From Mobula hypostoma (Eukaryota), in the NCBI RefSeq assembly GCF_963921235.1, contig NC_086097.1, forward strand, positions 48,672,001-48,736,000: a stretch of DNA of 64,000 nt, read 5' to 3'. The notes below the pieces were generated by a model, which did not search any database, had not been told where the DNA came from, and saw only the letters and a list, made by a program, of their open reading frames with translations. A program made the translations under genes and the position numbers. Shown here piece by piece: positions 63,679 to 64,000 of this stretch. Each line of letters opens with the position of its first letter. Position 1 is the first letter of the stretch.

Positions 63679-63892
63679 GGGGGGTGCGGATGTGGTCTGG
63701 GCCTGACGTCCCGTTCACCCAGGGAAAGTGAACGCACAATACATCGCCTCTCCTTTCCCGGTGTAGTGATCGCCACGTGGTCACTGTCTGGCCTGCTAGG
63801 CAGGATGCCACTGCCAATGGCCTCTCCTACATTACTGCATCCGTAGCAACGCCTTCTCGTCGGTGCCCCCCATTTCCACTGAGCTTGCTACG
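63679..63892 (+). ncRNA. HDV/CPEB3-like self-cleaving ribozyme candidate
   Basis: P1 GGGGGGT/GCCCCCC, P3 GCC/GGT, L3 TTCTCGTC, P2 AGCAAC/G(C)TTGCT, J4/2 CTGA, structured J1/2. Confidence 0.7.
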
Positions 63893-64000
63893 TCATGGCG
63901 TGACCGAGCGTCCGGTGGTATAACTGGGTGGGTAGGCTGGGCTCGTTAGCCTTGGTTGGCAGCCAGCCTAAGAGAAGGACAACTCTGAATCCAAACCCGG
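63679..64000 (+). mobile_element. 5' end of an RTE-like retroelement (continues beyond the window)
   Basis: CpG-rich. GGCAGCCAGCCTAAGAGAAGGACAACTCTGAATCCAAACC resembles RTE 5' UTRs and 46308-46365. Confidence 0.6.

Overview
Eukaryotic, repeat-dense non-coding DNA from a vertebrate. The repeat repertoire (CR1 subfamilies, V-SINEs, Rex1/Babar, Penelope-like elements) suggests a cartilaginous fish, probably a ray; this is inferred. I could not support any host protein-coding exon, so the window is intronic or intergenic. It holds many CR1 LINEs, including one 524-aa RT ORF and one near-full-length copy with an ORF1 esterase. It also holds Rex1/Babar, L2 and RTE fragments, three decayed Ty3/Gypsy elements, a solo LTR, Penelope-like (GIY-YIG) remnants, several SINE families, and Tc1, Tigger and hAT DNA elements, often nested. 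The most interesting signal is RNA-structural. (i) A nearly perfect HDV/CPEB3-like self-cleaving ribozyme fold sits at the 5' end of an RTE-like element (63679-63892), with a decayed relative at about 46127-46275. (ii) Minimal type I hammerhead motifs recur in the Penelope terminal repeats, including an inverted twin-hammerhead unit inserted with a target-site duplication (TSD) at 11063-11316. Boundaries are approximate unless defined by TSDs or terminal inverted repeats (TIRs).
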